Position numbers and translations under genes: made by a program. A model generated the notes under the pieces. It saw only the letters and a list, made by a program, of their open reading frames with translations, ran no database searches and was not told where the DNA came from. Below, in pieces: positions 26,705 through 37,840 of a stretch of 64,000 nt of DNA (positions within the stretch are counted from its first letter, which is position 1; every line of letters starts with the position of its first letter). Source of the stretch: Callorhinchus milii (Eukaryota); NCBI RefSeq assembly GCF_018977255.1, contig NW_024704742.1, forward strand, positions 60,390,001-60,454,000, in the 5' to 3' direction.

Positions 26705-26979
26705 TGTAATGGGGGATAAAGGCTGTCACTGCCTTTGATTGTTATTGGTGATCAACCTATGTTAAAGGGAGCAAACAAGGGCTGCACTACAATCAGACTT
26801 GATTGGAGTTTGTGATAATCGGGCACCCGACCTTAGGGATAATTGAGCACAAGTATAAAGCCGGGGGCTTGTGTGTGTTTTTGTTTGGAGAAGGTGGATG
26901 TATAGAGATAGGGTGTTCTTGTCAAAATAAACCTTTGTGTGTTAAAAATGTTTTTGGGTGAGACCCATGTCCTCCTACA
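26705..26979 (+). mobile_element. Probable solo LTR (275 bp)
   Basis: TGTA...TACA termini, TATAAA at 26854 and AATAAA at 26926 followed by a GT-rich tract. The flanks AACTG/GACAG are a degenerate 5-bp TSD. It splits a CR1 reading frame. Confidence 0.7.
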
Positions 26980-27649
26980 GACAGCCATGAGAACTTGGAA
27001 TCCAGATGATTTTAATACTTGAGTTCTTTAAGGGACTGCTTGATATTGGATTGTGAAGGCTAAAGGGTAGGTACTTTGGTAAGTAAAAGATCAATGGGGG
27101 AGATGGCAAGCACTGTTTCCCAAGGAATGAATAAGCTCAGAGGAGGGTCTGTGGTAATCCAAGGTATGATCAATGGTTGACCAGCATGTCTGGCTCATCA
27201 TTGAGACTTGGAGATAAATACAAGTCCTCAATGCTGTTAGTCAAAGCTCTGATGTGTACTGTAGCCCAAACTAGTCAAGTACCATGTTTTGTAGATACCA
27301 TTTTAGATTTTCTGGCTGAGATGGTACTGTGAAAAGAGAAATGGCTTAAGAGGATTCTATGAGGCAAAGATGAATTTGAGGTCAGAGACTATCAGTTAGG
27401 TCTGATCATGTACAGCAAAGTAATAGGCAACTGGGTCCTCCAGATAACAATATGTAATTCCTAATTAATGGAATGTTATCTGCTTCTCAAAACTGGATGC
27501 ATAAATAAAATGTTGCTCTAATACTTGTTTAAAATTAGGCTTTGTAAAGTAAGGTGTTGACTTGAATGCATGTTTGTTACACTGCTTACTGACTGCATCA
27601 CTTTACATCAATATACATATCAATTGTATAACCAACAATATACATCCCA

Positions 27650-28275
27650 AACCAGAAGTTGGGATATATCAAAAGATCAATAGTAAGCTGAAATAATGGG
27701 GTAATCCTGCTACTATGTAAATTATTGGCGAGATTATACTTAAAGTATTGTGTACAGTTTTGGTCGCTGCAGTACAAAAAAGATATTGAAGAAAATCGAG
27801 AAGATACAGAGAATAGCAACCAAAATGATTGAGGGAATGGAAGGACTGGACTATGAGGAGCGACGAAGTAAATTGGGCATGTTCATGCTGGAAAAATGAT
27901 TGAGAGGCAACATGATTGCTTTCTTTAAGATTCTAAAGTGGCAAGACAATATAGATCATGACAGGCTGATTCAACTTGTCCAGAATAGTAAAAGCAGAGG
28001 ACACGGCCTGCGATTGAAGGTGTGTAAATTCAGAATGAATGTCCACAAACACTATTTCAGTGAGCGAATAGTGAACCTGTAGAATAGGGAGACAGTTGAA
28101 GCCGGAAGTGATGATTCTTTCAAACACAGATTAGATAGATTTATTTTAGAAAGTAACATTATGGGATATAGTACAGAGGTAGTTCGAGATATATGTGCAT
28201 GCGACTGCCAGGACGACAGAAGGCAAACTAGATGGAACTTGTCTTTTTTCGTCTAGCATTTCTTATGTTCTTAAT
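27650..28275 (+). mobile_element. Older CR1 LINE 3' fragment
   Basis: Decayed YCVQFWS..KDIE..IQR.ATKMI and RGHGLRL..HYFSERIVNL; tail TTCTTATGTTCTTA. Confidence 0.85.
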
Positions 28276-28724
28276 ATAAATAGCTTTGATAGTGTCATTC
28301 TTTGCAGTTACATCACTTAAATAATGTAAGATTCATGTCATTCAATGAATTCTTCAGTGGTAATTGCGTATTACTACTAATTGTATATTACCACTGAACT
28401 CTGCGTATTACCAAGTGCTGTATTACTAAATTGTGTATTACTAAGCGATCCAGGACTCTACACCGCATGAACACTGCTATATAAATGCAACTTGTTATAT
28501 TTGTTTCCCTAAGTATGCTGTGTGGCTTATTAAAGGCAGATGTTTGAGACACAGTTAAATAATAATTATTTTTTCATTGACATTAACTGAAGAGCTTTGA
28601 TTCTGCTAGATTCTAATATTGGTGGATTGATGCAAATACGCAAATCTATAAATGTTGGGGTTATCCTATTGTATCCATTAGCACAGTTGCTATTTCAAGC
28701 ATACAAATATTCTTTTTTTTACTT

Positions 28725-30410
28725 TTATGCGTATTTATTTGATCTCCAGCTTACTTTAACATTTTTATTATTTTTAATTATACATAAAAGTGTTTGTTTA
28801 ATATCAACTTTCGTAAATCTCCTTTTTATCTGATGCATTCTCTGACATCTGCAACAAATCATCATAACTAGTATAATTTGTACTACTATAAAGATTTTAA
28901 AGATTAATTCCCCAAATGACTCATCCATCAACAGTTAACAGTCACCAGCAGAGAGCAATTTGGCTTTGAACCCGATCCATATTATTGGAAATTTCCATCA
29001 AATTAAGTTAATCAAATTCAAAGTCAGTCGACTGATTGGAATTGTAAAATTTGGTAAATATTTATTGATTTTGATATCTGGCATTTTTGCTTGCAAATTT
29101 TATATTTCTGTAAAAAATGTTATGGGTGCCATCTGATATCTACCAGCCTGCATCATATGTTTTGGGATTTGTGCAAAAGTTTGGAGCACTGATGGGACAT
29201 GTCAACCCATAGATTATTGATAAAATGTTTTTCAGTGGTTATGATACAATATTGTCCATTTGCGTTGTACACAATTTTAATATGATTCCCTTTCCATGTT
29301 AACTCAACTGGACATTTAATATTTTTTACTGATTACTACCTTCTTCAGACATTCCTTATTTTATTTCAAATACATCACATCTGCAGATTTGTCTATGTCC
29401 TGTCTGTACACAAGATTGGAACTATCCATTTGTCGTCTTATCATTATCTTTGGGAGATTCTTCCTTTCTTTGAAAATTCCCTTCTCATTCACACCTAGTG
29501 AATGTATTCTTATTTGATTTGTGTATACTTCATTTTGCTAAAAACACAGAAACTGATAATGTAAAATATACATAAAATACTTCAGAATATTTAGAAGTAC
29601 ATTAGGATTGTCATTATTATAGAATTTGTGTTCACCAGGATGCAATATGACATAGCCAACATTATGTAATACTAAGGATCTTGGCATATTTTGTTTGTAT
29701 TCTATAGATTCCTTGCCCTTCAAATCTTTGCAATACCACACTTGAAAAAACTTATCTTTAAGCAAATCTGCCACTGGGCCTATCTTAACATCATGCAACA
29801 TATTTTCAAGCATTTGCATAACACATGATCCATAAGCATTGTGCATTATGGATAAAGCAATCATATAATTTTCTTTAGCATTGCTTCCAATAAATTCACT
29901 AATCTTGTTCTAAGTTTGTTTCAACAAGTTTGGAATATCATTCATGTTGTATATGGTAAATCTTTCTTCATTTGCTATCTCTTTTATTTCATCCATCATT
30001 GGGTGATGATGGATGGAATAAAAGAGATAAGAAAGGGACTACTTCCCTTTCTTATACATTTTTGAAAGCATTCCAATGTCTTTCAATAGCATTCAAATCT
30101 GCTCAGTTCGAAATTGATATTCCAGACCCAAAAAGTCCAGTTGCTGTACGTGCTATACATCAGCTGAACTGTGCCACAGAGTAAAGCTGTTGGTATCTGT
30201 AATTTCTTGTTTAATTATAGGATCATCCACTTTTTTGTGAAATTTAATCATTCTTTCAAATAATAATGCATGATAGAACAGATCATACCTTTTACATTTT
30301 GATTGCTCTTTAACCTCCAATTGGGTCAAATTAAAAACTACCAGAATATGAATGTTGAAACTTATTGATTAATGTACCAGCTTCTATCAGTCAATCATGG
30401 AACAGGTCAT
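28725..30410 (-). pseudogene. env: Decayed viral-type envelope / class I fusion glycoprotein gene (endogenous viral element; F-like Env)
   Basis: Manual minus-strand translation across frameshifts gives IEAGTLINKF/IHILVVFNLTQLEVKEQSKC...DPIIK(Q)EITD[47-nt insert]TATGLFGSGISISN*ADLNAIERHWNAFKNV*EREVV[34-nt insert]PMMDEIKEIANEERF...MLENMLHDVKIG...EVYTNQIRIHSLGVNEKG...WIVP/SCVQTGHRQICRCDVF...KCPVELTWKGNHIKIVYNANGQYCIITT/YGLTCPISAPNFCTNPK...INKYLPNFTIPI...LIFKIFIVVQIILVMMICCRCQRMHQIKRR. This has the order fusion peptide, heptad, Cys-rich domain, TM helix, basic tail. The coding strand is A-rich, and several in-frame stops are one C>T change from sense codons. Confidence 0.75.
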
Positions 30411-30446
30411 TTCAACAAGGGAGGATTTTTTTNGGTACTTTTATTT

Positions 30447-33400
30447 CATAGAATCGTAGAATGTTACGGCACAGAAGGAGGCCATTCGGCCCATCGAGTC
30501 TGTGCCGGCTCTTTGACAGAGCAACTGACTTTTATTAACCCCACTCACCAGCTTTCTCCCCATAACCCTGCAAACCTGTCTTCTCCAGATACCTATCCAG
30601 TTCTCTTAAAAGCTGTTATCGAATTGGACTTCACTGCCCTTTCAGGCAGATCATTCCAAATTCTAACAACTCGCTGAGTGAAAACATTTCTTCTAACCTC
30701 CCCTCTGCTTCTTTTGGTAGATATCTTAAGACTGTGACCACGGGTCACAGACACACCTACCAGCGGAAACAGCTTTTCCCTATCTAACCTGTCGAAATCT
30801 TTCATGATCTTGAAGACCTCTATCAGGTCCCCGCGTAACCTTCTCTGCTCTAATGGGAAAAGTCCTAACTTTTCCAGCCTGTCCTCATAGCTAAGCTTCC
30901 CCATTCCTGGTATCATTCTCGTGAATCTCCTCTGCACCCTTTCCAGTGCCTTAATATCCTTCCTGAGGTAAGGTGCCCAGAACTGGACGCAGTACTCCAG
31001 CTGAGGCCTAACCAGTGTTTTGTACAGATTAAGCATAACCTCCCTACTCTTATACTCTATGCCCTACTAATGAAGCTCAGTACACCAAATGCCCTTTTTA
31101 CTGCCCTATCTACCTGCTCTGCCACCTTCAATGAATCGCTTACTTGAATGCCCAGATCTCTCTGTACATTCACCCCCCTTAAGATTGAGCTACCAAGCCT
31201 ATATTGCCTCCTATCAATTTTCCTACCTAAGTGTATCACCTCGCACTTATCTACATTGAAATCCATCTGCCACATGTCAGCCCATTCCACCATTCTGTGT
31301 ATGTCTGCCTGCAGTCCGTCACAATCTTCTTCACTATTTACTACCCTACCTAACTTGGTATCATCTGCAAACTTGGAAATAGTGCTCCCTATGCCCAAGT
31401 CCAGATCATTAATATATATTAGAAAGAGCAGTGGTCCCAATACCGATCCCTGGGGGACACCGCTGCACACCTCCTTCCATTGCGAGAAACACCCATTAAC
31501 CACCACCCTCTGCATTCTGTCACTCAGCCAGTTCCTAATCCAAACGGCTGCTGTTCCCTTAATACCGTGGGCCTCCAGTTTTTTTATTAACCTCTTATGC
31601 GGTACTGTATCAAAAGCCTTTTTAAAATCCATGAAAATAATGTCAACCTGCATTTCCCTCATCAACCCTCGCAGTCACCTCTTCAAAAAATTCTATTAGA
31701 TTTGTTAGGCAAGATTTGCCTTTAACAAATCCATGTTGGCTGTCTCTAATTACCTCATGTTCCTCTAAGTAGAGATTTATTTTGTCCCGGATTACGGTCC
31801 CCAGTAGCTTTCCTATTACCGAAGTTAGGCTGACTGGCCTGTAATTTCCGGCTTGTCTTTCTGCCCCTTTTTGTAGAGTGGGTAACATTAGCCACTCTCC
31901 AGTCTCTTGGCACCACTCCTGTGTCCAATGACGATTGAAATATAATGGCCAAAGCCTCCGCTATTTGAACCCGTATCTCCCACAGCAACCTTGGGTGAAA
32001 CCCATCTGGTCCTGGTGACTTATCAATTTTGAGCCCAGTCAATCTTTTCAGAACTTCCTCTCTGTCTATAGTAATCTGATCTATGTCCTCTACCCTGTCA
32101 TCCAATACTGTGGCATTTGGGGCATCCGTTTCCGTTGTGAAGACAGATGCAAAGTACTCGTTCAGTACATCAGCCATGCCCTCTGCCTCCACAACAAGAT
32201 TGCCGTCATTGTCTTTGATTGGCCCCACCCTACCTTTAACTAACCTTTTTTCCTTTATGTGCTTATAAAATATTTTAGGATTCCCCTTTATGTTACCCGC
32301 TAACCTCTTCTCATGCGATCTTTTAGCCTGTCTTATCGCTCTTTTAAGATCACTCCTGCATTCTCTATAATGCGCTTTGCTATCCTCAGTGTCTTGCATC
32401 CGCCAATTGTCGTACGCCATCTTCTTCTTTTTCATCCTAGACAGAATATCCCTGGTCATCCAAGCAGGCTTGGTTCTCGCACATTTCCCTTTTGTGGGAA
32501 TATATCTATTTAGACCCTGAGCTATCGTATCTTTGAAGATTTCCCATTGCTCATGAGTCGTTTTACCTGCCATTCTTACTTGCCAGTCCACCAACTCTAG
32601 GTCCCTCTTTAGCCCATCAAAATTAGCTCTTTTCCAGTCAAGCATTTTCACCCTTGACTGTACTTTGTCCTTGTTCATGAGTAATTGAAATCTAATAATA
32701 TTATGGTCACTGTTACCTAGATGCTTCCCTACCGAAACTTGTTCAACCTGACCTATTTAATTCCCTAGGACAAGATCCAGCAATGCTTCCTTCCTTGTAG
32801 GACTGGAGACATACTGCTCAAGAAAATTTTCCTGTACACAGTTGATGAATCTTTCTCCTGCCTTGCCCTTAACGCTGCTATTTTGCCAATCTATATTGGG
32901 ATAATTGAAATCCCCCATTATGACAACTCTGTTCGCCCTACATCTGTCCGTGATCTGGTTGCAGATCTGCTCTTCTATCTCCTTCCCGCTATCTGGTGGT
33001 CTATAGTAAACCCCTATCAGTGTAACCACTCCTTTCCTATTTCTGACCTCTAACCAGATCGATTCTGTTGTCGGGCCCTCTAGAGTCTCGTCCCTTTCTA
33101 CAGCTACAATTGTATCCTTAACTAATATTGCCACCCCTCCACCCTTTCTTCCTTCTCTATCCTTCCTGAACACATTATACCCTGGAATATTTATCTCCCA
33201 TTCCTGTCCTGGCTTGAGCTATGTCTCAGTTACTGCTACCACGTTGTAACCCCCTACGGCCAGTTGAACCTGCAGCTCATCAACCGTATTCCCTAAGCTA
33301 CGTGTATTTAGGTACATGCATTCGTGGAAATTGTCCACATGTACCTGCTCTATATTTCCCACTTGTCTTTTTCCTCTATTCCCTAATCTATTGTTTATCC

Positions 33401-33722
33401 TGGGATACCCATCCCCCCTCGCCACTTGTTTAAATTAGCCCCCCCAGCATTCGATAATCTCTTGGCCAGGAAGCTAACCCCTGCCTTGCTTAAGTGCCGC
33501 CCATCCGCAAGGTAATGATCCCACCTCCCCCACTAGTGGTCCCAATTGTCCACAAAACTGAAACTTTCTTTTCTGGACCATTTTTCCAGCCAGTCGTTCA
33601 TACGCCAAATCCTTTCATTATGGTCCCCCGTTGCCTGATGCACCGGGAGTAACCCAGAGATCACCACCTTGGATGTTCTGGCCTTGAGTTTGTTTCCCAA
33701 CTTTTGATACTTGCCCTGGAGT
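30447..33722 (-). mobile_element. CR1-clade LINE, 5'-truncated in ORF1, near-complete but frameshifted ORF2 (APE endonuclease + RT)
   Basis: ORF pieces: RKGGGVA..GVYYRPP..MGDFNYPNIDW..LDLVLGN (APE); KSPGPDG; NYRPVSLTS; QHGF..KSCLTNL; DFKKAFD; GVPQGSVLGPLLF; FADD; LVRPQLEYCVQFWAP. The 3' tail is ATTCTACG-ATTCTATG at 30447. Confidence 0.97.
33430..33720 (-). pseudogene. CR1 ORF1 C-terminal SGNH-esterase-like fragment
   Basis: QGKYQKLGNKLKARTSKVVISGLLPV...MNDWLEKWSRKESFSFVDNWDH*WGRWDHYLADGRHLSKAG, with a DGxH motif and one stop. Confidence 0.85.
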
Positions 33723-33839
33723 CACTCAAATTGGGAGTTGGGTGTTCAGCCTTACCAAAGGAGATATTAAATAAACAGAATGTGCAATTCCCACCTAAAG
33801 ATCTTCCTTTTTGATCATGTTGACGGTCACCTCCCTCTT

Positions 33840-34258
33840 CTACTGGCTCGGTGTCAGACTCTTCAACTGTGAAGCAATATATACAGCACTATATATTTTA
33901 TCATCTTTTAATGCTTGAAAAAAGAAAATGTTTTTCACACTGATATTAATGCTGTCAATTTTGTCCAGAATAGTGTCTGGAAAATGCTGGTTTGGGATAT
34001 ACTGAATAAATCCTGTTTTCGCCATGTTTTCTTATATTGTATCTATACTTTACATGTTGTGGCAAATCAGAGTGTAGAACTGCAAATCATGCATATTATG
34101 GAGATGCAGACAGCCTGAAGCCAGGTGGCACACTCCATTCATTGCTTGGAGGAGTTGGTTTTCAGAGCAGTGCAATGCAATCCAGCGCAACCTAATTGTC
34201 AGGTGTAGAATGCATTGGATCCATTCCTGAGTTTGCTTTAAAGGGTATTTCAACATTA
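33840..34258 (-). pseudogene. Possible decayed retroelement integrase C-terminal part, upstream of env
   Basis: Frameshifted pieces LKQTQEWIQCILHLTIRLR ... PAFSRHYSG/KIDSINISV ... YIASQLK loosely match the integrase W..LP...R helix, the GPY/F motif and the H.SQLK end. Same strand as env and directly upstream once the CR1 is removed. By-eye similarity only. Confidence 0.35.
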
Positions 34259-34261
34259 TTA

Positions 34262-35668
34262 ATCATAGAATCATACAGCACAAAAAGAGGCCATTCGGTC
34301 ATCGGGTCTGTGCCGGCTCTTTGAGAAGAGCAATGGAATGTCAATCCCACTCCCCAGCCCTTTCCCCATAACCCTGCAGACCCGTCCTCCTCAAATACCT
34401 GTCCACCGCGTTTTTAAAAGTTATTATCGAATCGGCCTCGACCACCCTTTCAGGCAATGCGTTCCAGATTTGAGCAACTTGCTGTATGAAAAAATTTCTT
34501 CTCACCTCCCCTCTGCTTCTTTTAGAGATTATTTTAGATCTGTGACCTCGAGTCACCGACACACCCACCAGTGGAAACAGTTTTTCCCTTTCTAACCTAT
34601 CAAATCCCCTCATGATTTTGAAGACCTCTATTAGGTCTCCTCGTAACCTTCTCTGCTCCAATGAGAATAATCCTAACCTCTCTAGTCTTTCATTATAATC
34701 AAGGTCCCTCATTCCTGGTACCATCCTCGTAAATCTCCTCTGCACCCTTTCCAATGCCTTAACATCCTTCCTATAATGTGGTGCCCAGAACTGGATGCAG
34801 TATTCTAACTGAGGCCTAACCAGTGTTTTATATAGGTTAATCATAACCTCCTGACTCTTGTACTCTATGCCCCTATTTATAAAGCCTAGTATCCCATATG
34901 CCCTTTTTACAGTTTTATCTACCTGTCCTGCCACCTTCAAGCATTCATTTACCTGAACTCCCAGATCGCTCTGTTCTTTTACCCCCCTTAAGATTGTATT
35001 ACCAGCCTGTATTGCCTCCCCTCATTCTTTCTACCAAAATGCATTACCTCACATTTCTCCACATTGAAATTCGTCTGCCCATTTTACCATTCTGTCTATG
35101 TCTTCCTGCAGTTGGCTGCTATCCTTCTCACTGTTTACCACACTACCTAACTTTGTGTCATCTGCAAACTTGGAAATGGTACTTGCTATACCCAAGTCCA
35201 GATCATTTATGTATATTAAGAGCAGTGGTCCTCATACCGAACCCTGGGGGACACCAATGTACACTTCCCTCCAGTCAGAAAAGCAGCCGTTCACCACAAC
35301 TCTCTGCTTTCTGTCTCCCAGTCAGTTCTAGATCCATGCTGCCACTATCCCTTTTATACCATGGGCTTCTATCTTTCTTACAAGTCTTTCATGTGGCACT
35401 TTGTTAAATGCCTTTTGAAAGTTCATATAAACTACATCAACTGCACTATCTTTATCCACCCTTTCCGTTACCTCATCGAAAAATTCTATTAGATTTGTTA
35501 GACAAGATTTGCCTTCAACAAATTTGTGCTGGCTGTCCCTAATTAACCCATATTCTTCTAAGTGAAGATTTATTCTGTCCCGGATTATAGTCTCCAGGAG
35601 TTTCCCCACTACTGATGTTGGGCTGACTGGCCTGCAGTTCCCAGCTTTGTCCTTCTGCCCATTTTTGT
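34262..35668 (-). mobile_element. CR1 LINE, 5'-truncated (RT and 3' UTR)
   Basis: ORFs 35328-35609 (KSCLTNLIEFF..FQKAFNKVPH) and 34341-34940 (LVRPQLEYCIQFWAP..RLRGDLIEVFK), ending in a GATTCTATGATT tail. Confidence 0.96.
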
Positions 35669-37529
35669 ACTATGTCATCCGACCAGCTCTTTAATAATGT
35701 TAAAACATCTTGAGTTTGATGTTCTGCCACGTGCTGATGACAGCAGTTCCCTGGAGTATAGCAGGACTTGGAAAGGCAGCCCAGTCTCTGGATTGGGACT
35801 ATTTCTACTCAGCTCCTGTTAACCCTACAACCCAAAGTCCTAACAGGTAGGGTGGTCCTAGCTGGATAAGCAGTGGGAAAGCTTACCAGGCAGTGCTTTC
35901 AATGGCAAGCTATGAGGTTTAGCTGATTGGATTCCAGCAGTACCTCAATGCCCACTGTGGGTCCCCAAGTCTTGGCTCTTACCAATCTACACCTCATAAT
36001 GTCCAGAAATAGGTAAGTGGGATACATCCTCCAGGGACAGTGCGCATTTCATTCCAATGTGTGAAACTTCTAAGTGTAGATGGAATGCATGGAGCTCTGT
36101 TTGGTTTGGATACTCTTAAGCATGGTGATGGGTTTCCACATTTATCAGCTCATCAAAAAAATCTCCAGTGAAGATACTTGTAATACAGTACTAGTAGAAC
36201 TGGCAGATACATTCTGGATATTATTAAAACAAAATCTTCATAGGATCCTCAATGAAGATTAATTGGCAAGTGAAACATCTTGAATATTCAAGTAGAAATG
36301 TTCCTAGCTTTCCTAATATCCAATCCCTATATAGGAATTGTGCCAATCCTTTTGTTGCTGTATTCAGGCCTACAATCACCTACCCCTCCCCCTGGCTCGG
36401 AGTCATGCTCCGCCACTTTCAAGCGCTCTGGGATACTACCCTGCGTGAGGGGAACTATATAAATGCAAGTTGTTGTTGTACAAAGAGTCCTTGCAAACAA
36501 ATGCACTACTGTACTTTTCTACACCAGACCATGGATCATTGAGATGTAACAGACATATGGTGCATCACAGTAACTGCTCGCTGTTTGTGTAGCAATTAGA
36601 TATCTGATGTATTTAGTTTCTCTTTGTGCAATTCAATACCTCTATTGTAATTCGGTGGCTTTTACAGTTGAATAAAGATTTAAAGTGTATTCATTGTTAA
36701 TAAATCTTGCCAATATTGGGGTCTATTATTACAAGTTATGTAAACCATGTCTAAATTCATGCGTACAGAGGGAATAGCTTGTGCTCTTAATTAAGTATTT
36801 AACAAGCAACAAAAGAATTATAGGTGAATCTATAATCCTTTTCATTGGTTGTTAATTACTAAATTAAAGATGCTTGTAATTGCTTCTGTTAAATATGCTT
36901 TTGCATATTGTTTAAAAGACTCAAATGATACGCATGCATTTAAATACGGGCATATATGGATTACACAGCTCACATGATAGACATTGTCAATGATCAAGTT
37001 TTTAATATGGTGCATTTGGTTTAAAATTTTGATCTGTCCCTGTGTTATAGTAAATACATGTATATAGACAGAAATACTAAATTCCCAATAGCCAGATTTA
37101 TGAAGTGTCACAAATGTATATTTGTAGGCAAACATGGCAGCCATGTGCACACAGCAATGTTTCACAAATAACCAAATACGCATGGAGTTCTGTATCCATT
37201 TACCTAGCAGTAAGTAGGAACCCAAATCATTTGCACACAGCAATGTTTTACAAACATCCATGAAGTGAATGATCATTTTTTATCTTGGGGATTGTTGACC
37301 TGAACACGAGGAGAAATTATTTTTAATGGTACCATGAGATCTTTAATGCCCACCTGAACAGGCAGATGCTGAGACAAAAATGGCAATTGTCCAATGGATG
37401 TTATTTTCAAACTGGTGATTATTAAGGTCTGTATACACCTTCATATTCCTTCCCACTCAACAAAGGAATTATCAGTGATAGCATAGCTTAATTAAGATAA
37501 ACAAATAACTACTTTGGTCAAAGATGTGT

Positions 37530-37840
37530 TGACTGTTGCCTCTGAGACAGAAGGTTGTGACAAAACTTTGATCTTGTAGTCTAGGATGCCACTCTGATGC
37601 AGTACTGGGGGTGCATGGCATTGTTGGAGGTGCCATCCTTCAGATGAGATATTAAACCACTTGTTCAATTGGACATTAAGATCCAATGGTACTATTCAGA
37701 AAAGCAGGTAGTCTCTTTTGTGAGACATCGCAGTGATCAAATTGGTTGCTGCATTCATCTATAAAACATGTAATCACAACATTTTACAATAAATTAAATG
37801 AAGTGCTTTGAGATGTCATCCCAAATGCAAGAATTATTAT
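37530..37840 (+). mobile_element. DeuSINE (family B); an opposite-strand copy lies at ~37110-37370
   Basis: GCCTCTGAGACAGAAGGTTGTG..TTGGAGGTGCCATCCTTCAGATGAG. Confidence 0.8.

Noticed and set aside
26705..26979. Solo LTR as the 3' LTR of the env element
   Set aside because: Its orientation is opposite to env and it has its own TSD inside a CR1 fragment.
28500..28830. Polypurine tract and 3' LTR after env
   Set aside because: A-rich purine runs exist, but there is no clear TG..CA unit and no second copy in the window.
31148..31699. 183-aa plus-strand ORF (and 34898-35407)
   Set aside because: Antisense shadow of CR1 reverse transcriptase.
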